Positions 50,253 to 59,747 of a DNA stretch of 64,000 nt are shown here, one piece after another. This stretch comes from Thermoplasmatota archaeon. Its GTDB lineage: Archaea; Thermoplasmatota; E2; DHVEG-1; B18-G2. The notes beneath the pieces are model-generated. The model did no database searches. It was not told where the DNA came from and saw only the letters and a list, made by a program, of their open reading frames with translations. The number at the start of each line of letters is the position of its first letter. Within the stretch, counting starts at the first letter, position 1. The position numbers were made by a program, and so were the translations under genes. Location: assembly GCA_029259115.1 (NCBI GenBank), contig JAPDJO010000027.1, positions 1 to 64,000 of the forward strand, given 5' to 3'.

Positions 50253-50655
50253 TCTTCTCCTCACCCCTCTTCTCAACTAAAGATAACAGCTCCTCAATAG
50301 GTTTTGAACCATACTTAACAATCTTCATATTTATCTGAACAATATCAGCAGAGATTGTGTTTCCTCTAACCATCTTCTTCTTCCTTTTACCCTTTCTATC
50401 TGGGTTATAACCAACTCCTCCACTTAAAAGTAGTCTTCTTTTTCCCATTCCTGGAAAATCTGGTCTCATTGGAAATCCATCTTTATCGGTACCTCCCGTT
50501 ATTTGTAATTTATATCCTGGTAAAGATACGAATATACCATCTACCTCTTCTCCTATCTTTTTGCCAATCAGTGAGTTGGCATGAGCTCCTGACACTGGTA
50601 TTTGGTAGGATTTTCCGTTTTTTACATCGTTCACTACAACCTTGAACTCGACCAT
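50233..50655 (-). CDS. rps6e: 30S ribosomal protein S6e
   Basis: [26 protein letters not shown] and QIN. Confidence 0.96.
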   Translation of the reverse strand: MVEFKVVVNDVKNGKSYQIPVSGAHANSLIGKKIGEEVDGIFVSLPGYKLQITGGTDKDGFPMRPDFPGMGKRRLLLSGGVGYNPDRKGKRKKKMVRGNTISADIVQINMKIVKYGSKPIEELLSLVEKRGEEKSEQTSS

Positions 50656-50809
50656 TCCATCACCTTTAGGTTTTGATGTAATAAGCTAATGTTTTAATAA
50701 ATTTCTCTTGAATGGGTTATATCATAGAGTTTTTCGAAGATTTTTGAACAAAAAGAAATGTTTAAATAATGTTAAATTATCGTGCTCTGCTCAAGCATGG
50801 GGTGAGGAG

Positions 50810-50953
50810 ATGGCTGAGTTTCTGTGGTATTGGGAGAGGGGAAATATCAGAGTATATACCAAAAACAAAAACTTGGCTGAAGAAGCTATGAGAAAAGGCT
50901 TTTTGATTTTTGGTAAAAGAGTAAAACCAAAGGTTTTCTTTGGCAGAAAATAG
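50810..50953 (+). CDS. Small basic hypothetical protein (47 aa)
   Basis: Strong SD GGGGTGAGGAG before ATG 50810; MAEFLWYWERGNIRVYTK... Confidence 0.65.
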   Translation: MAEFLWYWERGNIRVYTKNKNLAEEAMRKGFLIFGKRVKPKVFFGRK

Positions 50954-50994
50954 CATCGGAACATTTTTACACTTAATTATATTACCCTACCTGA

Positions 50995-51621
50995 ATGGAC
51001 ATATATGACTATAAGAATCTGTTGAAAAGAGTGCATGAAGACGAGAGTTTGAAAAGACTGGAAGATACAGAAAGGTTCACTGTGCCAAAAGTTGACGTCA
51101 TATATGAAGGAAGGACCACTATCCTAAGAAATTTTGAAAAGATATTGTCAGCCCTAAACAGAGATGCTGATCATCTTTTGAAATTTTTCTTGAAGGAACT
51201 TGGTACAGCCGGAGAAAAAGATGGCACAAGAGCAATATTCCAAGGTAAGATACCTGCACAGCAGATACAGAATAAACTTGAGGAGTATGTAGAAACTTTT
51301 GTTTTATGCCAGGAGTGCGGAAGGCCTGATACGCAGCTAATAAAGAAGGACAGACTGCTACTTCTGAGATGCGATGCATGTGGGGCTGTCAGAAGTGTCA
51401 CAACCAGAAAGAAGAAAGGTATTTTAGAAAAGAGTGGAGAAATTCTTGAGGAAGGGAAGATATACGAAGTAACGATAAGCGATATAGGCAAAAAAGGAGA
51501 TGGCGTTGCTCACTATGGAAAGTACACAATTTACATACCTTATGCTGTAAAGGGGGCAAAAGTTAAGGTTAGGATAGAGAAGATATCTGGAACTCTGGCT
51601 TTTGCGAAATTAGTTCAATAA
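50995..51621 (+). CDS. eif2b: Translation initiation factor aIF2 beta with C-terminal TRAM domain
   Basis: RF.VP, KELGTAG, CQECGRPDT...CDACGA, then TRAM (IGKKGDGVA). Confidence 0.95.
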   Translation: MDIYDYKNLLKRVHEDESLKRLEDTERFTVPKVDVIYEGRTTILRNFEKILSALNRDADHLLKFFLKELGTAGEKDGTRAIFQGKIPAQQIQNKLEEYVETFVLCQECGRPDTQLIKKDRLLLLRCDACGAVRSVTTRKKKGILEKSGEILEEGKIYEVTISDIGKKGDGVAHYGKYTIYIPYAVKGAKVKVRIEKISGTLAFAKLVQ

Positions 51622-51676
51622 ACTTTTCAAATAAAATCGAAAGATATTTAAATCCAGTTGTGTATTCAAGTCTACA

Positions 51677-51740
51677 TTTGTCTGACAAAAGATGACGTTT
51701 GTCCTAAAAAAGCATGACACTCGTTGGACAAACGTCATCT
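51677..51740 (+). promoter_or_regulatory. Palindromic elements in the cdrS leader (operator or RNA hairpin)
   Basis: TTTGTC-T-GACAAA (51677-51689) and a perfect 15-bp inverted repeat 51690-51704/51726-51740, downstream of BRE/TATA GAAAGATATTTAAAT (51639-51653). Confidence 0.7.
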
Positions 51741-51766
51741 GTTTGGAGGACAGGTGAGGAGAGAAA

Positions 51767-51994
51767 ATGGAGACCGTCCGCATAACCGTCCGCCTTCCCC
51801 TGCACCTTGTTAATGCAATAGATGCCCTAACAGGGATAGGCGCATACACAACAAGATCTGAGGTTGTTAGACATGCGTTAGTAGATTTCATCGACAAACA
51901 CTCAGAGGAAATCAAGCAGATGGTTGAGAAGATAAAGAAGGTGCAGGAAATAAAAGCGGCGGTTTCCGAAGTAGAAGAATACGCAAAAAAGTAG
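51767..51994 (+). CDS. cdrS: Ribbon-helix-helix regulator, CdrS-like
   Basis: RITVRLP...IDAL...GAYTTRSEVVRHAL, directly upstream of ftsZ. Confidence 0.8.
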   Translation: METVRITVRLPLHLVNAIDALTGIGAYTTRSEVVRHALVDFIDKHSEEIKQMVEKIKKVQEIKAAVSEVEEYAKK

Positions 51995-52090
51995 AATTAC
52001 CCGCTAGGAGGGATGGGATGCCCGAAGGGTGCTTCCAAGGCACCCTTCACCAACTACCAGGAGGGGTTAAAAAGTATGGTTGGAGAAGGT

Positions 52091-53170
52091 ATGAGTCAAT
52101 CTTTGATTGAAAATGCCATAGCCCACATGAAGCAAGAGAAGACAAAAATTGAAGGAAGAGGAGACCTATTTGGTGAACCGCAAATAGTTATCGTAGGTTG
52201 CGGCGGCGCCGGAGGGAATACCATAACTAGGTTGCACAGACTTGGAGTGAAAGGCGCAAGAACCATAGCAATAAACACAGATAAACAAGATCTAGATCTG
52301 GTAGATGCGGATGAAAAGCTTCTGATAGGTAAGAGCATAACAAGAGGATTGGGAGCTGGAGGATATCCTGAGGTCGGAGAGAGATGTGCAAGAGAATCAT
52401 CTAGAGAAATAGAAGAACTTCTACAGGGAGCTGATCTCGTATTCATAACCGCTGGTATGGGAGGAGGTACGGGAACGGGAGCATCTCCTGTTGTGGCTGA
52501 GATAGCAAAGAAGCAGAATGCAATAGTTGTCGGTATGGTTTCTACACCTTTCAATGTCGAGAGAGCTAGATTAGTCAAAGCTGATGAAGGGTTGGACAAA
52601 TTAAGGAAAAAGGCAGATAGTGTTGTTGTTCTGGACAATAATAGATTATTGGAATTCGTTCCCAATCTTCCAATAGATCAGGCTTTCTCTGTTATGGATC
52701 AGCTTATAGCTGAGACGGTAAAAGGAATAACAGAGACAATAACCCTTCCATCTCTAATAAATCTAGACTATGCAGACATGAGAACAATAATGGAATCTGG
52801 AGGTTTATCAGTAATGCTCTGGGGAGAAGCTGATATGGATGCAGGCGTAGATGCTGTTGTGAAGGAAGCTCTGAATCATCCTCTACTCAACGTAGATTAC
52901 ACTGGAGCAAACGGAGCTTTGATACACATAACTGGAGGACCAAACATGACATTGAAATATGTGCAAGAAGTGGCAGAGAAACTTACGGCTGATTTAGATA
53001 CTCATGCAAATGTCATACTAGGAGCTAGGGTTCTGCCAGAGTTTGAGAACAAATGCAGGGTAATGGCAATAATGACCGGTGTACAATCTCCAAACATCCT
53101 CGGTCCATCTGTAGATGCACAACCCAGAGTGATCTCAGATAAGAAGCTCAATATAGACTTTATCCGCTAA
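52091..53170 (+). CDS. ftsZ: Cell division protein FtsZ (FtsZ2-type context)
   Basis: [24 protein letters not shown] and LINLDYAD. Likely start 52091 after GGAGAAGGT (52076 also possible). Confidence 0.97.
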   Translation: MSQSLIENAIAHMKQEKTKIEGRGDLFGEPQIVIVGCGGAGGNTITRLHRLGVKGARTIAINTDKQDLDLVDADEKLLIGKSITRGLGAGGYPEVGERCARESSREIEELLQGADLVFITAGMGGGTGTGASPVVAEIAKKQNAIVVGMVSTPFNVERARLVKADEGLDKLRKKADSVVVLDNNRLLEFVPNLPIDQAFSVMDQLIAETVKGITETITLPSLINLDYADMRTIMESGGLSVMLWGEADMDAGVDAVVKEALNHPLLNVDYTGANGALIHITGGPNMTLKYVQEVAEKLTADLDTHANVILGARVLPEFENKCRVMAIMTGVQSPNILGPSVDAQPRVISDKKLNIDFIR

Positions 53171-53832
53171 CCCTCTCTCTTTATTTTTGTTCCGATAAAA
53201 TCTTCTTTTAGTAGAGCTCTTTTTAAATTATCGAGTTTTTTCCCATTCACCACTATAATATCATATCTAGATCTTTTTGCAATCTTTAGAGCTGGACCAT
53301 CTATTGCAACGCTTTCCCCAGCTCTTTTCCATTCTGTTCCACACATCTCGATTAACTTATCTATGCTTATCTCTCTGAAAAGTTTAGCATCCTGGTATTT
53401 CTTCGGATCTTTATCATAGATACCGTCGACATCTGTGGCTATAACTAATAGATCTGCATCTATCTTCTCTGCAAGCTCTGCAGCAACAGCATCTGTACTA
53501 TGACCAGGTGTAGTACCTCCCATAACAACTATTTTGGATTTTACATTTCTAGCTTCATCAGTTGTTTTTGGTATCTCTCTGTTAGCTTTCAAGATATGTG
53601 ATATGAGTCTTGCATTCAGCCTAGTTGCCTCTATACCTATCTCATCAAGCTCTTCCTCACTAAGGTTCATCTCTCTACCAAACCTTATATACTCTCTAGC
53701 GACACGCCCGCCGCCGACGACTATGAACAATCTATGTTCCTTTGATATTTCCTCTATCATCCTTTTAAACTTTTGAAAGTAATCTTTGTCAAAATCTATC
53801 AGCGAACCACCAAATGCTATGACTACATTCAT
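53167..53832 (-). CDS. pyrH: UMP kinase
   Basis: [35 protein letters not shown] and VDGIYDKDP. Confidence 0.93.
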   Translation of the reverse strand: MNVVIAFGGSLIDFDKDYFQKFKRMIEEISKEHRLFIVVGGGRVAREYIRFGREMNLSEEELDEIGIEATRLNARLISHILKANREIPKTTDEARNVKSKIVVMGGTTPGHSTDAVAAELAEKIDADLLVIATDVDGIYDKDPKKYQDAKLFREISIDKLIEMCGTEWKRAGESVAIDGPALKIAKRSRYDIIVVNGKKLDNLKRALLKEDFIGTKIKREG

Positions 53833-53841
53833 ATTATCTCC

Positions 53842-54261
53842 TCACGCGATTTCTGGTCCCTCTCTCTTTGGTGGTTTTCCTATCTTTATTTGTGGAAGAG
53901 GAATAGGTGGAGGTAGATTAAGATCTCGAGCTATGAATACTGCCTCGGTTAGGCAAGCATGTATTATTGCATTATGCACAGTCGTAGCGACATTGTCCGG
54001 CATCTTTCTGGATGTCTTCCATGCGTCTACCAAGTCTTTGATGTTTTTATCTTCAAATATTAAGTTTCCTTCCATTCTTATTATACCAACAGATCCATAG
54101 TTTGCCGCATATTGAAACTCTATGTTTGAGGTGTTTTCGTCATTTAGAGAGATATTTACCACTGTAACGTTGTGATCTATCCTGAGGGGTCTAGGAATCT
54201 GATTTGGCTCCGTATATCTCCTTGCCTCTATAGATCTCAATCTTATCGTCCTTACGGGCAT
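53842..54261 (-). CDS. Archaeal hypothetical protein, possible SecB-like fold
   Basis: Beta strands followed by a helix and LNLPPPIPLP tail. Confidence 0.55.
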   Translation of the reverse strand: MPVRTIRLRSIEARRYTEPNQIPRPLRIDHNVTVVNISLNDENTSNIEFQYAANYGSVGIIRMEGNLIFEDKNIKDLVDAWKTSRKMPDNVATTVHNAIIHACLTEAVFIARDLNLPPPIPLPQIKIGKPPKREGPEIA

Positions 54262-54343
54262 GCCAGCTTAAATGATTTTACAGGTTTTTAACTCTTTACA
54301 GAAAAATAGATAAAGAGAGTTTCAATAAAAGCTTTGGAGAGAC

Positions 54344-55078
54344 ATGAGGTCTATAGTGTTTGTAGGAATATTGACATTCATATTGCTGCTGACCTTTCAG
54401 AGCTACGCTTTAGAGATAAAGAGCTATGATATATCTATAGAACGGGAGAATAATGGCTATAGAGTTAGCGAGCAAGTATCTATTGAAAAAGACAATGATA
54501 CAAACATTCTTATCTGGTTGCAAAAAGAGGCAAAAGATATAGACATAAAGATAAACGGAAGCAAGGCAAACTTCTCTGCATCAGGAACCCTTTACATTAT
54601 TAATCTCACAAACTCTAAAGAGTTAGAGATTTCCGTAAATTATAATCTTCCCGGATCTACAGGGAAATTTATAAAGCAGGTGTTGTACAAGTGTAAAGAA
54701 TTCTCCGCAAAGCTTGATGGCGAAATAGTCTATCAAGGTATGAATCTCAGTGAAGGAAACTACATATCGTTCTCGATAAAAGAAAAGATTATAGAGAAAG
54801 AGAACTACTACATGTATACGACTCTGATTCTACTCTTGATATTAATAATAGTCTTTGCGTACTCCGTTAAAGGTAAGAAGAGGAAAGAGAAAGAACTCTC
54901 AGCATCTCCTGAATTGTTAAGAGCTAAAAAAGATCTGCTTATGAATGCCCTGAAAGAGATTGAAAAGAGATACAGAGCAAAAGAGTTGAGTGAAGAAATT
55001 TACAGTAAGTTAAAAGAAGATTTCAAGAGAGAGGCTGTCAACGTTGTAAGGAGACTAGAGGAGATTGAAAAGGATTAA
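54344..55078 (+). CDS. Membrane protein: signal peptide, beta ectodomain, TM, SHOCT-like cytoplasmic helices
   Basis: LKEIEKRYRAKELSEEIYSKLKE follows the TM helix. Confidence 0.65.
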   Translation: MRSIVFVGILTFILLLTFQSYALEIKSYDISIERENNGYRVSEQVSIEKDNDTNILIWLQKEAKDIDIKINGSKANFSASGTLYIINLTNSKELEISVNYNLPGSTGKFIKQVLYKCKEFSAKLDGEIVYQGMNLSEGNYISFSIKEKIIEKENYYMYTTLILLLILIIVFAYSVKGKKRKEKELSASPELLRAKKDLLMNALKEIEKRYRAKELSEEIYSKLKEDFKREAVNVVRRLEEIEKD

Positions 55079-56457
55079 AATAAGCTCTTCTGCTCTATTT
55101 TTCTCTCCTTCTGCATCTCCCCTTCCTTCTTTTCTTCAGCTTTATAAAGCTTCTCCACAACGGTTTCATCTTGAAGTATATAAAGCATCTCTTCTTTGCT
55201 CAAATCTAGCACAAACATCAAACTTCTGGCAAGATTTTCGTCTTTTCTCATCATTTTACAAATCATGTCGAAAAACTCATTTGCTTTCCTTTTGGAACAG
55301 TGAATGAATTTTGATATCTTTCCAAGAATGCTACTTCTCAGATCCCTACTTTCTTTGCTAGACTTCATCTCTATAAGCCATGATGGAAAATTGTATCTCG
55401 GCTGAACTGGGTAAAACCTCCTTTTAGCAACTGCAACGCCGCCTGCCATAAGATCTTGAGCGTATCCCCAGAGTACAAATGATCTAGTTCTTCTCGCTCG
55501 ACCAAGAAAAACATCAGCCCTTGATAAATTCTCGTAAGCATTTGCCAAATCGCTTGCATCTAAATACTCATATGGAACATTCTCAGCGATCCATAAGATC
55601 AGACTTTCTGGATCCTCATCCGAGCTTTGTATGGATCTATGTATGCTGGAGATATTTCTGGTTTTGAATATTTCTCTTAGCACATCAAAGATGTTTTGCT
55701 CCCTATCTCTGTAGCCCAAAATTCTTAGCATCTCTTTACTGATGTTTTTTCTTCCGGCAGATATTACCTGGAGATCTCTCACTGCTGACCTTATATCTCC
55801 TCTGCACCTCTCTGCTATATAAACTAAAACCTCACTATCAACATTTAATCCCTCAGATCTAGATATTCTCCTGAGATAATTAACTATCTCTCCAATCTTT
55901 ATTTTCCTTTCATCAAATCTTATTATCTCGCATAGGGTTCTGAGGGGTTCGCCTCCACCTTTTAAAAGTTCATAGATATCATTGACAATCAGTATTATGG
56001 GTTGCTTTGTCTCTTTTATGGTATCAACTATAGCTCTCTTTCCCCCTTTATCCAAAAGATTACCAGAAGTATCTTCGCTTGATCTTCTCTCATAAAGATT
56101 ATCCGCCTCATCCAAGATTATGAGTTTTCTTCTACCCCTTGTTGATTTTAGAAATTCTCCAGAATCTGAAAAGGTTTCATGGATAGCTCCATGGGTTGCT
56201 ATCTTTCTTATATTCTCAGCATTCCTGACATCTGATGCATTCATCTCTACAACTACCCATCCAAAATCGTTTGCTAGAGCCAGAGCTGCACTTGTTTTCC
56301 CTATGCCTGGTCTACCTGCTAGGATTACAGCTCTTTTGAGAGGTATTACTCCTTTATCCCATTCTTCTGCCCACTTTCTTAATCTAGATTTTGCCTGCTC
56401 ATTACCTACGACTTCATCGAGGGTTTTTGGTCTGTATTTCTCTGTCCAGTCTAGCAT
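55075..56457 (-). CDS. rfcL: Replication factor C large subunit
   Basis: WTEKYRP, GRPGIGKT, EMNASD, LDEAD, GDIRSA and C-terminal PIP box QKSLF. Confidence 0.96.
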   Translation of the reverse strand: MLDWTEKYRPKTLDEVVGNEQAKSRLRKWAEEWDKGVIPLKRAVILAGRPGIGKTSAALALANDFGWVVVEMNASDVRNAENIRKIATHGAIHETFSDSGEFLKSTRGRRKLIILDEADNLYERRSSEDTSGNLLDKGGKRAIVDTIKETKQPIILIVNDIYELLKGGGEPLRTLCEIIRFDERKIKIGEIVNYLRRISRSEGLNVDSEVLVYIAERCRGDIRSAVRDLQVISAGRKNISKEMLRILGYRDREQNIFDVLREIFKTRNISSIHRSIQSSDEDPESLILWIAENVPYEYLDASDLANAYENLSRADVFLGRARRTRSFVLWGYAQDLMAGGVAVAKRRFYPVQPRYNFPSWLIEMKSSKESRDLRSSILGKISKFIHCSKRKANEFFDMICKMMRKDENLARSLMFVLDLSKEEMLYILQDETVVEKLYKAEEKKEGEMQKERKIEQKSLF

Positions 56458-56536
56458 TCGTTTTAATCCAAGCACAAACCAACTTTTAACCTTTTTCACG
56501 ATAATATTTTAAATGTCATTCCTCTTTTAAGACCAA

Positions 56537-56620
56537 GCGGGGATGGCCCAGCCAGGTACGGCGCAGGGTTGCTAACCCTGTGGGCGTATGCCCTCGTGGG
56601 TTCAAATCCCACTCCCCGCG
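56537..56620 (+). tRNA. tRNA-Ser(GCT)
   Basis: GCGGGGA...CAGGG-TTGCTAA-CCCTG, variable arm GGGC-GTAT-GCCC, GTGGG-TTCAAAT-CCCAC, TCCCCGC-G. Confidence 0.97.
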
Positions 56621-56718
56621 CTCAGAAGTAAAAGAGTTAAAATTTAGAAAGTCATAAAAAGACTTAATATATTAATAGAAGAATTGAAAGGAACACTCCT
56701 CTATGAGGAGGGATTGGA

Positions 56719-57000
56719 TTGGTTGTGAATAGCAGGAGATCTGAGATTGAGATTATTAGAGATATTCTCTCCTTATCTAAAGGAGGGGTAAAGAAAACAC
56801 AGATTCTTTATGGAACAAATTTGAGTTACACACAGTTGCAGGAGTATCTTTCTTTCCTTATAAAATCTGGAGCTATAGAAATTGTCAACTCATCTGATAC
56901 CAAAATATACAAAACAACTACCAAAGGTGTTGAGATACTCGAGGATATAAATAAGTTGATGAAGAACTTATCTACATCCTTATACACAGTAGAAGAATAA
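56719..57000 (+). CDS. Archaeal winged-helix regulator (HTH_45-like)
   Basis: RRSEIEIIRDIL...KTQILYGTNLSY..L..YL..L...YKTTTKG; SD GAGGAGGG. Confidence 0.85.
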   Translation: MVVNSRRSEIEIIRDILSLSKGGVKKTQILYGTNLSYTQLQEYLSFLIKSGAIEIVNSSDTKIYKTTTKGVEILEDINKLMKNLSTSLYTVEE

Positions 57001-57193
57001 ACATCTATAGATCTGTTCTATATCTTTATTTCTTAATCATTAATAAGATGTGTAGGCATATGTCTTTAACGCAATTGGATTGGAGGTGGGAGGTGCCTTT
57101 TTAGAGGGCACACAACGACCCCTACTAAGTGATAACAGAGAATATGAACGTGGCCTACGGGCCAAAGATAGAAAGTTTGGAGGTGACAGAAAA

Positions 57194-58393
57194 ATGAAAA
57201 CAAGTGTGTGGTTGGCAATAGCGACTTGTGCAATGATGGTAATAACAGCAATTCCTATAGCCTTAGCAAATGGATTTGACGGACCGATAAGCGAAGGTAA
57301 CGAAGCCGAATACCCATATACAACATCTATTGAGACAAGTGTGAATATAGCAGGTGGCGACGATCCTAATGGAAATGAACCACCTATAATAAAATGTAAG
57401 TGGGAATACGATCTTACTGTAGATCCAGATGGATGTGAGGGCATAGTTCCAGAAGGAACCTACGTACACGATGCCGACCCTAATGAAGAAGGGCTGCAAG
57501 TTGCTCCAGTACTCGAGGGTAATGTAAAGATAGGATTTTATGCGGTAGTCACAGATCCTCAGGGAGTAAATACAATAAGTGCAGTGTATGCCGATGTATG
57601 GCATCCTGATGGTACATTTAAATATCAGATAGAATTGGAGCCAGTCGGATTTTGCGACGATATGTATGATAAACAGGTAGCTCTAAGTCTGTGGGAACAC
57701 GTAACAGATGCGCATCCAGATTTAATAAAATTCAATGGATACGATGCCAATGAAATATACGATGAGTTGAACGAGGAGTTGGCATATATATACTATGGTG
57801 AAGCATACATAAGTTACTGTCAGCCTGGTGGATGGTACTATGTTGGAGTAAGAGCCGTTGATACCTATGGCGCATGGTGCGATTACCTCTACAATAAATT
57901 CTGGTATATACCAACAGCAGCAATAAGAGTGGACTTTAACAGCATAGACTATGGTACTGTTGTACTCTCCACTCCAAAGTGGGTTGGTGGAGATCAAGAC
58001 ATGAATACACCACAAAAACCCACGGTCAGGAATATAGGGAACACACCTGTTGAGCTCTATGTATGGCAAGATGACATGGGTTTCGGAAAAACAAACGGCG
58101 AGTGGAATGTTGAATTCGATGCCAGATTAGGTGCAGACGGAGATGTTGTAGTGTACGAACCGGAACAAACAGATGATGGAAAACTAGGTGTAAGAATACC
58201 CGGAGTATTGCCACTATGTACTACAGAGAAACTGGATTTCTCCATCCACGCAAAGAAAGGATTCCCAGATGTTGACTACAGTGGTGAAATGCATCTATAT
58301 GCATACATACATGGAACACCGCCATGGGATACGCCATCAGAGTACATAGAAACTCCACCCAATGGAGTGCCAGAGACATATGAAGGACCATAA
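57194..58393 (+). CDS. Secreted acidic two-domain beta protein (putative major surface/filament subunit)
   Basis: SD GGAGGTGA before ATG 57194; signal peptide; VVTDPQG, IDYG, PTVRNIGN and DYSGEM; no TM anchor. Confidence 0.7.
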   Translation: MKTSVWLAIATCAMMVITAIPIALANGFDGPISEGNEAEYPYTTSIETSVNIAGGDDPNGNEPPIIKCKWEYDLTVDPDGCEGIVPEGTYVHDADPNEEGLQVAPVLEGNVKIGFYAVVTDPQGVNTISAVYADVWHPDGTFKYQIELEPVGFCDDMYDKQVALSLWEHVTDAHPDLIKFNGYDANEIYDELNEELAYIYYGEAYISYCQPGGWYYVGVRAVDTYGAWCDYLYNKFWYIPTAAIRVDFNSIDYGTVVLSTPKWVGGDQDMNTPQKPTVRNIGNTPVELYVWQDDMGFGKTNGEWNVEFDARLGADGDVVVYEPEQTDDGKLGVRIPGVLPLCTTEKLDFSIHAKKGFPDVDYSGEMHLYAYIHGTPPWDTPSEYIETPPNGVPETYEGP

Positions 58394-58432
58394 AGTATAA
58401 TAAGACACTAGGAGAAGCCTTTACCCTCACCA

Positions 58433-58445
58433 TTTTTTTATTTTT
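58433..58445 (+). terminator. Oligo-T archaeal terminator
   Basis: TTTTTTTATTTTT tract 40 bp after the stop of 57194-58393. Confidence 0.55.
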
Positions 58446-58517
58446 GGTTCATTAAATGGCAAAGAATATAAGAGGAGATCAATCATTGGTCTAATGACCG
58501 TAAAAGGGGGGTTTACT

Positions 58518-59741
58518 ATGAAAATAAGATGGTTAGAGTATTTCGCTGTTCCTTTGGTGGTTCTCTTAATTATTATAACGATTGCAAAAGGAGGGGGTCT
58601 TGGAGTTGCTCCCCCCTACATAACAGTAGATGCAGTAAGAGGAGGTATATATCAAAAGACCATTATCATTTACAACCAGAACGATTATAATATTACAGTC
58701 CTACTTAATTCTACAGGAGAGACAGGAAGTTGGGTTTCGTTTTACGAGCCAGACAATCTGAGCAGACCTATAGAGCAGACTTCTATAGAGAAAATGGATA
58801 AAAAGAACGTTATCATCAAAATAACCATTCCTGAAAGTGCATCTAATAAAATGTACGAAGGTACGATAGTCGTATCTTCTCAACCATCGGACGTTAACTT
58901 AAGTGGAAATTACACTTCAGTGAGTCTCAACCTTCCTATTATGCTATATATAAATGTAACAGGAGAGCAGGTGTTAAATATATCAGTACTCTCAATAGAC
59001 ATTGACAATGTTGAAGTTGGATTTCCACTAGAGATAAAGGTTCAACTTAAGAATACGGGAAATGTTGTAGCGACGCCACATATCAAAGCAATTTTTACTA
59101 AAGATAACATTTACATTGACAGTGTCGAGACTTTTTCGGAGCCGATACAACCAGATAGTATATACACTCATATTCTTCTGTTGAACACTACAGGTCTGCC
59201 GGCTGGAGAATATGTAGCTCACCTCAATATAACTTTAGAAGATAAAGTCGTCTACAAAGGGAATATATCTTTCAGCTTGTTTCCCAAAGGTACCTTTACA
59301 CGAAGTGGCGAGCTTATTGCTCTCGAACTAGAAGGGGAAAAGAAAAAGGAGAGTACCGTAAAAATATCTGCCATTTTCAAAAACACCGGCGAGGTAGATA
59401 CTCCAGCAAAATTTGTTGGAGAGATATACATAGATGATAAGTTGACAGATGCTATCGAAAGTGATGAGGTAATTGTGCCAAAACATTCTCAAGAAACATT
59501 GAATGCATACTATAAGATTCCACACCATGGAGAGTACATTGTGAAGGGTTATGTATTGTATGGAGGGAAAAAAACGGAAACTAAGGAGTTGAGATTCACT
59601 GTTGGAGAGACTAGATGGCTACCTAATAACCCAATCCTTTATATTTTGGGTACGATTTCGATGATTATTGCTGTTCCTATTATTTACACGTCATGGAAAA
59701 AAGGATATCTGAAAATCTCAAAGAACAAAAACAGAAAGTGA
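58518..59741 (+). CDS. Membrane-anchored three-Ig-domain protein, DUF916/WxL-interacting-protein-like
   Basis: LGVAPP...IIIYN...YEGTIVV...LPIMLYINVTG, KNTGNV, KNTGEV and C-terminal TM with basic tail. Confidence 0.6.
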   Translation: MKIRWLEYFAVPLVVLLIIITIAKGGGLGVAPPYITVDAVRGGIYQKTIIIYNQNDYNITVLLNSTGETGSWVSFYEPDNLSRPIEQTSIEKMDKKNVIIKITIPESASNKMYEGTIVVSSQPSDVNLSGNYTSVSLNLPIMLYINVTGEQVLNISVLSIDIDNVEVGFPLEIKVQLKNTGNVVATPHIKAIFTKDNIYIDSVETFSEPIQPDSIYTHILLLNTTGLPAGEYVAHLNITLEDKVVYKGNISFSLFPKGTFTRSGELIALELEGEKKKESTVKISAIFKNTGEVDTPAKFVGEIYIDDKLTDAIESDEVIVPKHSQETLNAYYKIPHHGEYIVKGYVLYGGKKTETKELRFTVGETRWLPNNPILYILGTISMIIAVPIIYTSWKKGYLKISKNKNRK

Positions 59742-59747
59742 GTCCAC

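Noticed and set aside
51420-51621. TRAM domain fused to aIF2beta as a novelty
   Set aside because: This fusion is already known in several euryarchaeal lineages.
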